Source: Takakia lepidozioides
Taxonomy: Eukaryota; Plantae; Bryophyta
Direction: 5' to 3'
NCBI GenBank assembly: GCA_030704615.1
Contig: CM060734.1
Location: forward strand, 1,736,001-1,800,000
Length of the DNA stretch: 64,000 bases
The position numbers and the translations under genes are program-made. The first letter of the stretch is position 1; each line of letters starts with the position of its first letter. Under the pieces are notes generated by a model. That model did not search any database. It saw only the letters and a list, made by a program, of their open reading frames with translations, and was not told where the DNA came from. Below are positions 25,163-37,966 of the stretch, one piece after another.

Positions 25163-25644
25163 TGATAAAGAAGAAGAATACAAGCACAAGCTCATGCGAG
25201 CTCACAAAGCTGAAGCATAAACTCATGCATATATAACCTCATCACTCAAATACAAGTCAAGCCAAGTGCACCCCACGCCATGGGGAATCCACACTACGGC
25301 GCCATAGCTAGGCGCGGTGAGGCTCAACTCGAGAAAGATGAGCCTCCTGCGCTTGCCGTGAAGATAACCACTCCAGGGCCTAAATCTGCCTTGACCCCTG
25401 GATTGACACTTGGGCCAATCCCAAATGTCAATATGTAAAAGCTAGCTATTTCCTAGCTAGTTTCACACTAGTGGTAAAATAACTTGACAGCTGTCGTGCG
25501 CATACATATCGCTACACAACTACATCGCTGTCCAAAACCACACAACACATGTGCACACCACACACTAGTATACCACTAGTCCAACCACTAGGCTACAACT
25601 AGTCAGTCACTAGGTGCCCACTATGGCAGTCACTAGTCCACACA
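25163..25644 (-). repeat. M1 B1-gc-A2 block (the complete reverse-transcription-defined LTR following the PPT)
   Basis: Follows PPT AGGGGGCGAT; starts TG, ends TTTATCA; contains the GACA-GC-TGTC junction at 25486-25495. A2 matches 35817-36143. Confidence 0.88.
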
Positions 25645-25898
25645 ATCGCCCCCTAGCTGGTGCTTAGGTCCCTCTAAGTCCAGGTAGCCACAAGATGTGA
25701 TAGTGACCATAGCCTCACTAAGTCCTCCACCACTATCCCTACTACACTCAAACTCGATAGATCAAGAGGCCGGGTGCAAGAGTTGCCCCATCGTTAGTCG
25801 CCGTCTTGCAACCTGTGAACTTGAGCTTGGGATCTCATGTATTGACTCCTATGAGCTTGGCCTCCCATGTCTTGTTAGCTGCCTCCAGTCATGTCCAA

Positions 25899-26050
25899 CT
25901 ATCCCAAGCAGTGTGGACACAACCAATCTCCGTCAGGAACCTTCTCAAGAGGTGGTGTCAAGCATCCCATATGCCAACCCCTTGAGCATCGATCACACAC
26001 CAGCATGGTGGCTGCCCCTTTGGCAGACCCACAGAGCATGCACCTCAAAC
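25899..26050 (-). CDS. PHD finger at the C-terminus of M1 integrase
   Basis: CMLCGSAKGAATMLVCDRCSRGWHMGCLTPPLEKVPDGDWLCPHC, a canonical Cys4-His-Cys3 PHD. Confidence 0.93.
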
Positions 26051-29000
26051 CTGCAGGTACCACTGCCAAGTTTGGGTCAACTCTGCCATCGACATTGGGA
26101 AGGTGACATGGCGCACAATTACGCACATGGTCTTTCCAAGTCATGCCATCCCGACCCTCCAAGATCAGGACCCTGAGGGCAACACCTCTCGAACCCTCAG
26201 AATAACACGCCCTGCAGTAACATCCAGAGTCGTAGGAGCAGTCTGCTGCAAATAAACATAGTCACCAGGGCTAAACCTCCGAACCCCAGGACGATATCCT
26301 CCACCACGTATAGTGGCATACCTCAACGTATCACGGTGCTGTGCAATGGCAAGGTTCTCAAAAGCCATGGGCATGACTTTCTTGAACAACTCTGCACGCT
26401 GATCACATGCACGTACCCACACGTCCGGATCGTCAAGGTTAAGGACTTGAGCAGTGTCCCTACGAATGGCTGCAGGCAAATCCGGCTCTCGGCCAAAGAG
26501 AGAAGGAAATAGGCAAGTGATGCTTGTTTGCTGAACCTGTAGCCCATGGCTAACCAAGGAACCTGAAGATCCCAATCTCCTAGGTGTCCCTTCTGCAAGC
26601 CATACTTGCGCAAACCCCTCTTCACCGTCTGAACAACTCTCTCTGCCAAGCCATCGGCCTCAGGATGATCCCGAGAAGTGGTGCGGTGGTCTATCAAGGC
26701 TTTATCACACAAAGCCTGAAACTCCCCCAAGAACTCTCTCCCTTGGTCCGTGAGTACCTCAGCTGGAGCACCAAATCGGCTAAGCACACGATCCAAGAAT
26801 GCATACGCAGCCCCCTCACTAGCCTTGTCAGGCAATGGAACCAACTCAATCCACTTGGAGAAGTGCTCCACCATCACCAACACATATCTGTGGTGGCGCA
26901 TAGTCAGTGGCAACGGTCCTGCGAAGTCAAGACTCCACCTGTAGCCCAATCCCATGATTGGTAAAGGATGCAACTGTGGTGTAGGGGCGTTGAATGAAGC
27001 ACGCACCCTGTCACACCCATGCACCTAGCCACGAACTGTTGCACCTCTGTATGCATACCACGCCACCAATACTGCCCCTGCAGTAAACTGTGAGTGCGTC
27101 GCACTCCAAAATGCCCCAACTCCTCATGGGCATGCCGCACTAACCGTGCACGCTGTGTGGGTGAGGCACAATCCTCACCCGACCATCCTCCCACACTCGA
27201 AGTAGGTGTATCCCCTCCCACTTGAACCTCTTGGCTCGTTGCAGGATCCGATCCCTCTCCCTGGCAGTCACAGTGGCTGCCGTGTCTCCCGTGCGGAGGT
27301 AGTCCAACACAGCCGAATCCTCATGTATATCTCTGGCACCACCTGGCTCATCACTAGCCTCAGGGTCCTCAGACACTCCGTCTACAGTCATCCCTGTTGT
27401 AGGTCCAACCTGACCTCCCGATGCCAAGATACACAAAAATGCAGATGCGTGCCATCCCGCACCATCTCCTCGTCCGTCTCACCATGCCACCGAGCTCCAG
27501 TGTCATCCTGCTGGCTCATGCATGGATTGCGACTCAATCCATCCGCATCCCGATTGACCAAACCCGGTCGATGCACAACCTGAAAGTCATACTCCTGGAG
27601 TATGAGTGCCCACCGTGCAAGCTTCCCCGTAAGCTTGTCTGACTCCATCAACCACTTGAGTGGCTGGTGATCCGTGACAAGGGTGAAAAGATTGCCGTAT
27701 AGATAGCACCTGAAGTGTGCCACGGCCCACACTGCAGCTAAGCACTCTCCCTCATATGAGCTGTACTTAGCCTCTGCAGCGTTGTTCGAGCGGCTAGCAT
27801 AAGCCACTACGAACTCTCTTCCCTCATCATCCACCTGTGTGAGCACCGCTCCAAGCCCCAGCATGCTCCAATCCGTATGCAGCTGAAAGGGACGCCCCCT
27901 GATAGGTCGTCTCAGATAGGCGCCGAGGTCAACCTCGCCTTGAGCTCTGAAAAGCTCGTTCCTGCTCATCTTCCCACTGCCACTCCTGGTCCACCTTGGT
28001 CAGCTTGGTTAGAGCCTTTGCAATGGTACTAAATCCCTTGACAAACCGTCTATAATAGTTTGCCAACCCCATGAAAGCTCGAACTCGGCTCACATCCGTG
28101 GGGCGTGGAATTTGTGCAATGGCCTCTACCTTAGTCTGCTGTACCCCCAATCCTCCAGGATATATCATGTGACCCAGATACTCAATCTGGTTGTGGAAAA
28201 ACTTGCACTTCCCCGGATGCAACTTCAATCCGTGCGCTCTCAAGCGCTCCAATACCACCTGAAGGTGTCTCTCATGCTCCTCCATCGTAACACTAAAGAT
28301 GATGATGTCATCTATGTAGCACCGAGCAAAGTCCACCCCTGCTAGAATCCTATCCATGACTCTCTGAAACTCTGCAGGAGCATTCTTAAGCCCAAATGGT
28401 AAGAACCGCCACTGATATAGGCAATCCTTGCCGTGCTCATTGATCCCCCAGAATGCGTCTTCTGCTTGTCCGCCTCCTTGATTGGCAACTGGTGATATCC
28501 GGATCGTAAATCCAAAGTGCTAAAGACCTTAGCATGCCCGATGGCATCAAAGATCTCCTCTGGTGTTGGCATGGCATACTTATCGGACTTGGTCTGACGA
28601 TTTACAGGCCGGTAATCACCGCACATACGTCTCTCCGTCCAATTGCCATAGACATCCTTCTTGGCTGGCATCACTGTGGCTGAAGCATACTCTCCACCAG
28701 AGAGCTCCACCAAACCTGCCTCCCAGAGATCTTGAGTCCTCATCTGAATCAAAGACCTCTCCATGTCACTGTATCTATAGGGTCTCCGAAAGATTGGCGT
28801 GTCAGTGGCCAACTCAATACGGATCTCTTGACCCTTCAGTGCTCCCAAGTCCTTCAAACTGAAGGCAAAGCAATTCCTGTAAGCCCTCAGGAACCGCCGT
28901 ATACGTCGTCTCTCTCCTCCGGTGACAATGGGTCCAATGTCAGGCTCCCAATTGTCCTCCGTAACTGCAACCTTAAGTCCAGTGGGCTTAGAGGTAGAGG

Positions 29001-32000
29001 ACGCGTCCAGTGGTTGCTATGTTGCAACCTCTTGAGCAGTACTCCCTACCTGCTCAGTCAATGACAAGGCCTCATCCTGCCCATCATCTCATCCTTGAGG
29101 ACCTCCTCAACCCGAGAAGAATCCCCAACCTCATCCATCACAGCCGCCTTGGCTGCCAACTCCCTCTGAACCTCGAGCACCTCCCACGTGTGCCATGGAT
29201 GCATGCACCCCGTGGTCCTCACATGCTCGCCCCCACTCACTGCCTGTACCGTCTCGGTAGGCAGAGAGACCATCGAGGGAAGTGTACTCCGCACTCTGCG
29301 TTGCTCAGCCAGCCAAGCTGATAATCCAGGTCAAGCAATTGAGATCCATTGCTTGCCCCAACACTTTGACGACGTGATGCCTCAGAAAGAGACGACACCG
29401 CCGTGGTACCAGTGGTAAAACCCATTGCCCGCTCACGCTCGTCAGCATTAGGCTCCACTAACTGCTGCAACTGAGCATCCCACAGGAGGCCAGGTCCACT
29501 ATCCCGGAAAGCATGCGATCCTGGGAAGCTGAGCAGTGTAGGTAATGCTGCTCGTGGTTGACCCACCTTGTTGACCACTGCCAAAGGCGAACGTCATCGT
29601 GTCTCACACGCTGAGACTGCCTCCCTGTGTCCAGAATGCTATCCACTGTGAGATGTGCTGGCCGCTGCACCCCATCAAATGCACGCTTGAGCAGTGCGGG
29701 TGGCATCAAGTTAGTCCACCATAGCCGTGGACGATGAGCCCGTGACCCCACTGTAGCTGCATCTAGCAACACTGCTGACCCAAGCCACGACCGGACTTGA
29801 TGCACACTGGCCATCACCCTGGCCCGAGAATCGCCCATCAGTGGCACATTCTCCAAGATGTATGCTGGAGATACAGCTTGATGAAGCTGCAAGTGGCGCA
29901 AAACCCGCACCATCTCCCAAAACAGACCCGACCTCGAGTCTCGCAATCCATTGCCATGCCCGGCTGATGAATGCCCTTGGCAGGGCCAACCTGCCACTAC
30001 CAGATCAATGGAGCCAACCCGCTCCAATCCTGCGCCCCCAGCAACGAAATGTCTGCTGGCAAGGCCTGCTGATATCCACGAATTGCAGACACCGACAACA
30101 ACTCAGGGTACCGCTGCACCAACTGAGCAACATGGCGAAGTGAAACGCGTCGTGCAGTCTCATCCCTCTCCACATACAGGTAACGCCGAACTCGTACACC
30201 TGCCTGTAACACAGCCGTACATCCTGCCGAGTAACGTAGCAGCCAATCCGGTGCTGATCCCCCGCCAAACAAGTCCAGAAGACAAATGCCTTCATCCGGA
30301 TACTGCCACACAATAGGTGTGGTGTCCAATGGAGACAATTGAGGTGGTCCTGGTGCAATCCCGCACTCTCCTCCTCTCCTGACGGTACAAAAGCCTCCAC
30401 CAGGCTTGTTGCACCCGTCGATCAGCATCCCGCTGCAAATCCTTGCTCGTGCCCCACAATGGAGTCTGAGCAACCATGGTAGGCAACTCCGCCATACCAT
30501 ACATGTCATCCTGCTCTCCCGGAGGTGGCACATCCTCTGAATGAGCATTGCCCTCAAGCAACTCTCTAGGCCAACTCACTGCCGCTGTGAATGCTGCTAG
30601 TGTCGGCATCTTGCCTCGCTGGGCAACCGCAACTCCTCCTATGAACGTCACAGGGAGCTGCACACGCCGGCCCTCCCCTGACTGCCATGCAGGCCTATAG
30701 GAAGCTGACTCCTCCCAAAAATCCAGGGTGAAGCCCATGGGGTACAACACTGCCCCACCAACCAGGACATCGTATGAGACGCGTCTGTCACAATGGCCTT
30801 GGCTCGCATCACTGAGCCATCTGTAGGGTGATCCGGCCGTAGTCTGATAGCCAACTCACGCCGTGTCATGCCCCGAGCCTGCTCCGATCCTCCCAGAGAC
30901 GTCTGTATCTGGAAAGGACAAGGCTCCATATCCGCCTCCGTGAGGCCCAAGCCTGCAATAGCAGCTCTGCCCAGCATCAATGGCTGAGCTCCCGAGTCCA
31001 ACAAGACCCGCAGTGGCCGGTACCTCTTGCCTGCCGGTCCACTCAAACAGAAAATGCCATCCTGGTTGTCTAACATGACAACTCCAGGTGTCACCATGGC
31101 GCGCTCAATGGCTGGCCTAGCTGGCAGCTCCATCAACCTGGCAGCTGCAGCTTGCCATGGCGCCGCCGTGGCAGTCTTGACCCTCAAATCCGAGGATCCC
31201 TCCGGCACTACACCTCCCACTATCTCCGCAGAAGATGAAGTAACCTCCCCACTCTCACAGAGTGTAGCTGCCAGCCTGAACACCTCAGCTGGTCTTACCC
31301 CCGGCGTCGCAATCATGGTAGCCGAGAACAATGGAGCCTGGCACACAGATGTGGCCGCTCCTAGCAGCACACTAGCTGCCGTAGCCTTGGCAACACACTA
31401 GGTAGTGGTGCTACCCGTGTAGCTCTCCCCAATGGCATAGTAACCTCCGCCTCGGTAACAGTCGGGCGAGAACTAGGTGCCATGGATGGTCGAACACTGT
31501 CGTCGTCTCCAATGTGAATGACTGAGGAAGCCTAGCCTGACGGCTTGCCTCCCACGCTGTGGATCCAACTCCACCTCTGCACCTCGTGGCTCAGGAACTC
31601 GTGCTGCTCCTCGAGTCACGGCTGCAGCAGACTCCACCTGCACTAGTGGTAGTGCTGCTCCACACATGAATCCCATGCCTCCCATATCTCCTCCCTCAGG
31701 AGCAGGAGGTGGACCATCCGGCCTTAGAGCCGGTACCACCTGAGCTGTAGCCATGGCAGCGAGCCTCTGCTCTAGCTGCTGAAGCCGGTTGGCCATGCCT
31801 TGGTCAACACCCTGACCTCGCGTCCTTGGCCATGTTGAGCTTGCCCTTGGCCTGCACCTCGTGGCTGGCCACCTCGTCCTCTCTGGGCTGCTCCACCTCG
31901 CCCCCGGCCACCATTGTTCCCTTGGAACTGGCCTGGGCGCAACTCAGGATGCAAACCATAACACTGGGCCTCTCCATGCCCGTGCTTGCCACAATGCCCA

Positions 32001-33133
32001 CACTGCAACTGTGCAGGCTGTGCATGTGCCGGCCCTTTGCCTCCCTCTGGGCAATCCTTCTTGACATGGGGTCCTCACATGTCCAGCACACCACATCCGC
32101 CCGTTGTTGGCCAGCAAATGAAGGGAGAGACCCCTGCATCTGAGGTCCTCTCTGCCCTTCCCTGAGCTTCACCTGAGCCCCCTTGTTGCCTTGAGCACGT
32201 TGAGGTAGTGGTTGGCTAGGAGCACCACTACCCCGTGGTGTCTCCTTAGCAAATCCCACCATGACCACTCGTTCCTCCACCATGTTGAGCTCTATCCGCT
32301 CTGCCAGCAAAAACACATTTGCTAAGGTGGGTTGGGCCGCTTGTAGGAGAGTTGCATCCCGCACCCTTCTCCTCAGCTCCTTGTCCAATATCCCATACCA
32401 GAATTGGACTGCCTGAGCTTCCGTAACCCCTTGGGTTACATTTATCAAGCGCCTCATGCGAGTGAAAGCCTCCCTCAAGCTCTCGGTCGGCTTCCGTTGG
32501 AACTCTTGCAAGCTCCGCAACTTCTCTGTCCTCACCCCTTGGTAGTTCCCTCTCAACTCTTCGAAGAACTCCACAACAGGGTTGAAGGCAGGCACGGGTG
32601 CTAGTGCTGGTGCGGTAGTGGCTTGGGTGGACGTCGTAGCTACTGTACCACCAGTCCCACCAGTCCCACTGCTACTTGCTGAAGCTGCCGGTGCAGCGGC
32701 AGGTGTAGCCACTGCCCTCGTGGCTCTAGTGCCCCTAGTGATGGAGACATAGTCGGTGACCAGTACATCCTCCACTCCTCGATCTCAACCTCATGCCCCC
32801 GCCTGAACTCATGGTAATCATCCATAGGCGGCCCCTCAAGGTGCTGAAACAGCCCCTTCCATGCCATGAAAGGCGTAAATAGTTGTGGATTGCGCATTTG
32901 CTGCAAATCACACCAACTATCAAACTCTTGGATAAAATCATCCAACTCGATGGTGCCCACCGCCCCAGAGTACCTTCGTGGCCCTTGGTAGCTCCATACA
33001 TCTCCTCCATTGTGTCCCACAACAATGGCAAAGAAACAACTTGCACCGCCGGTATGAGTCCTCCACAATCCGAATCAGAACCTTCCGTAGAAGACACAGG
33101 AGGTGAAGGTGGCCTAAACCTCCGTGTTGACAC
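25899..33133 (-). CDS. gag-pol: M1 gag-pol polyprotein (frameshifted): gag with two Zn knuckles, aspartic protease, C5-DNA methyltransferase, RT, RNase H, integrase, PHD finger
   Basis: CGHCGKHGHGEAQC; VLLDSGAQP; DNMT motifs; RMCGDYRPVN, LDLRSGYHQL, CYIDDIIIF; HTDWS, VTDHQPL; HEELGHFG, SLDFAGP, LTDQG, GLAERVV; C4HC3 PHD. Confidence 0.92.
29310..30300 (-). CDS. DNMT3-like C5 cytosine methyltransferase domain in M1 pol (between PR and RT)
   Basis: I CLLDLFGG; II YLYVERDETA; IV DLVVAGWPCQGHS; V GLRDSRSGLFWE; VI YILENV; VIII LDAATVGSRAHRPRLWWTNL; IX ERERAMGF; X SLSEASRRQ.(LGQAM). Confidence 0.93.
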
Positions 33134-33829
33134 TCAACCGGTCATGAACATGTCCCTAACCCCCTCTCCACAAGGTAACCGGGTAGAGAACCTGTTGCGG
33201 CTTATGGTTTGGAATACTAAGTTCCTAACATAGCCTACACCTGTACCTGCATCCACCGCAAGCACTCCTATGGTTGGCTGGTCATCACCTCCAACCTCAC
33301 CACAGGAGAAACAATGATGGTCTGGCTGGTCATCACCCCAGCCTCACCATCGACAGCATGCTCTAGGACTGGCCGGTGATCAAATCCGGACCAATCACCT
33401 ATAAAAACAAGCGCCCACACAAAACTAGCATGGCGCACAGTCAAGCATGCAGGTATGGAGGGGATCCAAACACAAGAAATCAGAACGACAACTCCCCCAC
33501 ACCAAAAACAACTCCACGGTGTTGCTCCTGCAAGGACACCCCAGCCCAAACCCGGACTGACTCTTGCCTCCACCTACGGAAAGGTCTTGGCCTAATGAGA
33601 GGGTGGAAACTACGAGGAAGAGAAGCTAAAGCAATGCCTAACCCCAGCATGCCCTCATCCCAACACTCTTCTCTCCTCTCTTCCCTCACTTGCATGACCA
33701 TGGGAATATCATGAAGATACTCCTCAAACCGCCCTCCACGAGCTTCAAAATTCGGCCTTCAGACCACATGCCAGTCCTTAGGCAGTCCACCAGTGCCTCC
33801 ACGAGTCAGCACAGGCCGCACAGGTTCAA

Positions 33830-34290
33830 GCCGTCACAACAGGTCCTTTTTCCTGCCTGTCACAGTCACAGTTGCCCATCCACACAGGGTCACAGGGTTC
33901 ACACACATGCCCAACAGGGGTCACACACAGTCTTTTTCAGCCCCTCACAGCCCCAAAGGCCTCAGGCAGCCCCTCACAGCCCGTCACAGCCCCAAAGGCC
34001 TCAGCCTGTCACAGCCCCTCACAGCCCCAAAGGCCTCAGGGCCTGTCACAGCCCCTCACAGCCCTCACAGCCCCAGGCCACACAGGCCTGTCACAGCCCC
34101 TCACAGCCCGTCACAGCCCCAAAGGGCACGGCCTGTCACAGCCCCTCACAGCCCCTCCCAACAGGTGCCTCACATCACAGGCGGGCACAGCCCACAGGCC
34201 CATTGCCTCACAGCCCCAAAGGCCACAAGCACAGTCACACAGCACATAACAACAGCCCGTCACACACAGCCCGTGTCACAGCCCCATCCA
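33830..34290. repeat. CACAGCCC-rich tandem array in M1 5' leader
   Basis: Many copies of (T)CACAGCCC and CCAAAGGCCTCAG. Confidence 0.9.
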
Positions 34291-35804
34291 TGGCCGCTCT
34301 GGCAGTTTAGCCATTTCTCCAAGGGGTTTAGCCACGCCAAGCTAGGGTTTGTGTCTCTTGGACTCTAGGCTTCTTTCCACCGAGCTATGGCGGCTGTGAG
34401 GAAATCAGCAAGGTATTCTTGCTCTTTCGGCTCCCACACACCACCATAGTAGCCCTAAGCCATGAGGTGGTTGCCACAAACCAAGCCTTCTTTCTCACTT
34501 AGCCTCCCCAAACACGCCACTAAACTCAATGGCAAACAACCAAGCCCTGCTGGTTCCCAGCCCTTGTGAGCACTCATTCAAGCACTCTCCTTGGCCATAG
34601 CATCTGTCTTAGAGCCTATTCCAGCCCCCTACACCTGCTGCTTCAAGAGTTGCGCTCCCTTCAAGCTTGAAGTTGAAACCCCAACTCACATAGGCCCTAC
34701 AAGTGCTTTTCTTTCACTCCAAGTGGAAACCAGCCCTAGACCTTCCGTTCTAGCTCTCTAAAGCTTGAAAACAAGAGCCTCAATGGGCTGAAGGCATGCT
34801 CCACACATGCCCCACTCTCACCATAAGAGAATCAGCTCCTTTGCTTCATTTCTTGCACCCACAAACCTGAAAATACAAGCTTCAGCAGGCTGAAAGCATG
34901 CTCACATGCCCTACAGGGAAACCAGCCCCTTCCTTCCTTTCTTGCACTCCCACACCTGAAAGTGCAAGCCTTCACCAGGCTGATAGCATGCTCCACACAT
35001 GCATTGCCCTCACATAAGGGAAGTCAGCCCTTCCCTCTTCCTTGCTTGCCCTCCAAGCTTGAAGATGGAAGCTTCAATGAGCTGAATACATGCTCCACAC
35101 ATGCAACCTCTTCACACAAGAGATATCAGCCCCCTATCTTGGCTCCTTGGCTCCTTGATGCTCTCTAAGACAAGACTAAGCACTCCACAGCCTTTGCCAA
35201 GCTCCTGAAACCCTAAGGCTTACATTTCCAGCCACAAGACACTCTCTTGTGGTGCAAGAGCTCTTCTTCCAAGCTCTGAAACCCTAGGTGCACATTCCAT
35301 GGCCTTGCCGCACCTCTTAGCTCCTGTTCCAGCCCTGCTCTTGCCATGACAAGAGCCCTCTCAATGCTGAAGCTCGAGATTGAAACCCAATCTCACCATA
35401 CTCCACAAAGTGCACTGATTTGCCCCAAGCCAAATCAGCCCTTTCGCTTCTTGTCAATCCTTCACACAATGAAAGCTCGCATTCCCAAGTCCAGTTCTCA
35501 GCTTTGCCACCAAAGCCACTATAACCTGCTCTTGACTGGTCCTCTTCCCAATCGTGCTTGCTCATGCATGTACACAATCTGAAACCATCAAGGTGCTCTG
35601 GAATTACCTGCAGCATGGTGCTTTCATCTCTGAAGCTGAAGATCGAATGCCAAGGTCTACCACCTCGTAACCCACATCGCCTCCGCTTCTAACAACCAAG
35701 AGCTCCACGGTGCTCCTTGCATAACAACTTGGTTTCTCTCATTCTCAAGCAAAAACCACAAGTGCTACAACTAACTCGTATCTGGCACTCACAGATACGA
35801 GCTC

Positions 35805-35816
35805 ATCTTTCTCGAG
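35805..35816 (-). promoter_or_regulatory. Putative self-priming PBS of M1 (CTCGAGAAAGAT), complementary to 35982-35993 inside A
   Basis: Directly follows the ...TTTATCA end of A1; complementarity extends to 17 nt (35801-35817 vs 35981-35997). Confidence 0.7.
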
Positions 35817-36143
35817 TGATAAAGAAGAAGAATACAAGCACAAGCTCATGCGAGCTCATAAAGCTGAAGCATAAACTCATGCATATATAACCTCATCACT
35901 CAAATACAAGTCAAGCCAAGTGCACCCCACGCCATGGGGAATCCACACTACGGCGCCATAGCTAGGCGCGGTGAGGCTCAACTCGAGAAAGATGAGCCTC
36001 CTGCGCTTGCCGTGAAGATAACCACTCCAGGGCCTAAATCTGCCTTGACCCCTGGATTGACACTTGGGCCAATCCCAAATGTCAATATGTAAAAGCTAGC
36101 TATTTCCTAGCTAGTTTCACACTAGTAGTAAAATAACTTGACA
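35817..36143 (-). repeat. M1 repeat A1 (5' terminal)
   Basis: 327 bp; I see two substitutions versus A2 (25163-25489). Confidence 0.92.
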
Positions 36144-37966
36144 GAGGAGATATGGGAGGCATGGGATTCATGTGCGGAGCAGCACTACCACTAGTGCAGG
36201 TGGAGTCTGCTGCAGCCGTGACTCGAGGAGCAGCACGAGTTCCTGAGCCACGAGGTGCAGAGGTGGAATTGGATCCACAGCGTGGGAGGCAAGCCGTCAG
36301 GCGAGGCTTCCTCAGTCATTCACATTGGCGGAGACAGTATCGACGCCATCCATGGCACCTAGTTCTCGCCTGACTGTTACCGAGGCGGAGGTTACTATGC
36401 CATTGGGGAGAGCTACACGTGCAGCACTGACACCTGCTACCAAGGCTAGTGCAGCCGGTGTGTTATTGGGGGCAGCCACCTCTGTGTGTCAAGCCCCACT
36501 ATTCTCGGCAACCATGATTGCAACGTCCGAGGTACGACCAGCTGCAGTGTTCAGACTAGCAGCAACACTCTGCGAGAGTGAGGAGGTCACTTCATCTTCT
36601 GCGGAGTTACTGGAAGGTGTAGTGGCAGAGGGATCCTCGGATTTGAGGGTCAAGACTGCCACGGCTGCGCCATGGCAAGCTGCAGCTGCCAGGTTGATGG
36701 AGCTGCCAGCTAAGCAGCCTTTGAGCGCGCCATGGTGACACCTGGAGTTGTCTTGTTAGACAACCAGAGAGGCATTTTCACTTTGAGTGGACCGGCAGAC
36801 AAGAAGTACTGGCCACTGCCGGGTCTTGTTGGACTCAGGAGCTCAGCCACTGATGGTGGGCAGAAGTTGCTATTGCAGGTTTGGGCCTCGTGGAGGCGGA
36901 TATGGAGCCTTGTCCTTTCCAGATATAGACATCTCTAGGAGGATCAGAGCAGGCTCGGGGCATGACACGGCGTGAGTTGGCCATTGGATACAACCAGATC
37001 ATCCTGTAATGGCTCAGTGAGAGCCAAGACATTGTGACAGATCGGTCTCTTATGATGTCAGGTTGGTGGGGCAGGTTATATCCCATGGGCTTCACCCTGG
37101 ACTTTGGGAGGAGTCACATCCTACAGGCCTGGATGGCAGTCAGGGGATGGTCGTCGTGACAGCTCCCTGTGACATTCATTGGGGTATGTGGCTGAGCGGG
37201 GCAAGATGCCAACACTAGTGCCTTTACAGCTTACAATTTGGCCTGGAGGTTGCTGGAAGGCAATGCCCATGAGAGGATGTACACCTCTCGTAGAGCAGGA
37301 TGATATGCATGGTACGGCGGAGTTGCCTGCCATGGTTGCTCACACTCATTATGGGGTACGAGTAATGCAGCGCTGCTGATGGACAGGTACAACAAGCCTG
37401 GGTAGAGGCCTTCGTACCGTCAGGAAAAGAGGAAGAGTGCGGTGTGCACTAGGACCAAGTTGTCGCCATTGGACACCACACTCTTGTGTGGCAGGGCGAT
37501 GAAGGCATATGCCTTCTGGACTTGTTTGGCGGGTCAGCACTGGATTGGTGCAGTACTGCAGGCAGGTGTACGAGTTCAACGTTACCTGTAGTGGAGAGGA
37601 TGAGACTGCACGAACTGCGCCATGTTGCTCAGTTGGTACAGCAGTACCCTGATTGTTGCCAGTGTCTGCAGTTCGTGGATACCAACAAGCCTTGCCAGCA
37701 GACATTTCTTGTTGGGGGCGCAGATTTGGAGCGGGTTGGCTCCATTGATCTGGTAGTGGAGGTTGGCCCTGCCAAGGGCATTCATCAGCCGGGCTGGCAA
37801 TGGATTGCGAGACTCGAGGACGGGTCTGTTGGAAAATGGTGCGGATTTTGCGCCACTTGCAGCTTCATCAAGCTGTATCTCTAGCATACATCTTGGAGAA
37901 TGTGCCACTGATGGGTGATTCTCGGGCCGGGTGATGGCCAGGGTGATGGCCAGTGTGCATCAAGTC
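36144..37966 (+). pseudogene. P1 gag end, protease and DNMT N-terminal half (many small indels)
   Basis: MGGMGFMCGAALPL.., RVLLDSGAQP, ICLLDLFGG, LERVGSIDLVV..WPCQG, ILENVPLMG; homologous to M1 ~29790-31690. Confidence 0.85.

Larger units (their letters stand above)
19525..36143 (-). mobile_element. M1: second Gypsy-DNMT-PHD element with split terminal repeats, inserted in P1 gag
   Basis: Minus-strand ends TGTCA (36143) and CGACA (19525); 4-bp TSD GAGG (19521-19524 and 36144-36147); removal restores CCTGAGGGAGGAGATATGGG as in M1's own gag. A1 35817-36143; PPT 25645-25654; B1 25492-25644; gc; A2 25163-25489; B2 25161-25008 plus 19544-19525. Confidence 0.92.

Noticed and set aside
29310-30300. 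Host DNMT3/DRM gene or bacterial restriction-modification MTase
   Set aside because: Intronless, colinear within pol at the same site in two elements, and no adjacent endonuclease.
33690-34368. Three overlapping Pro/Ser/His-rich ORFs
   Set aside because: Artefact of the stop-free CACAGCCC tandem array, antisense to M1.
36700-37960. Programmed ribosomal frameshifts in pol
   Set aside because: Indels are numerous, differ between P1 and M1 and often fall in homopolymers, so they are more likely sequencing error or decay.
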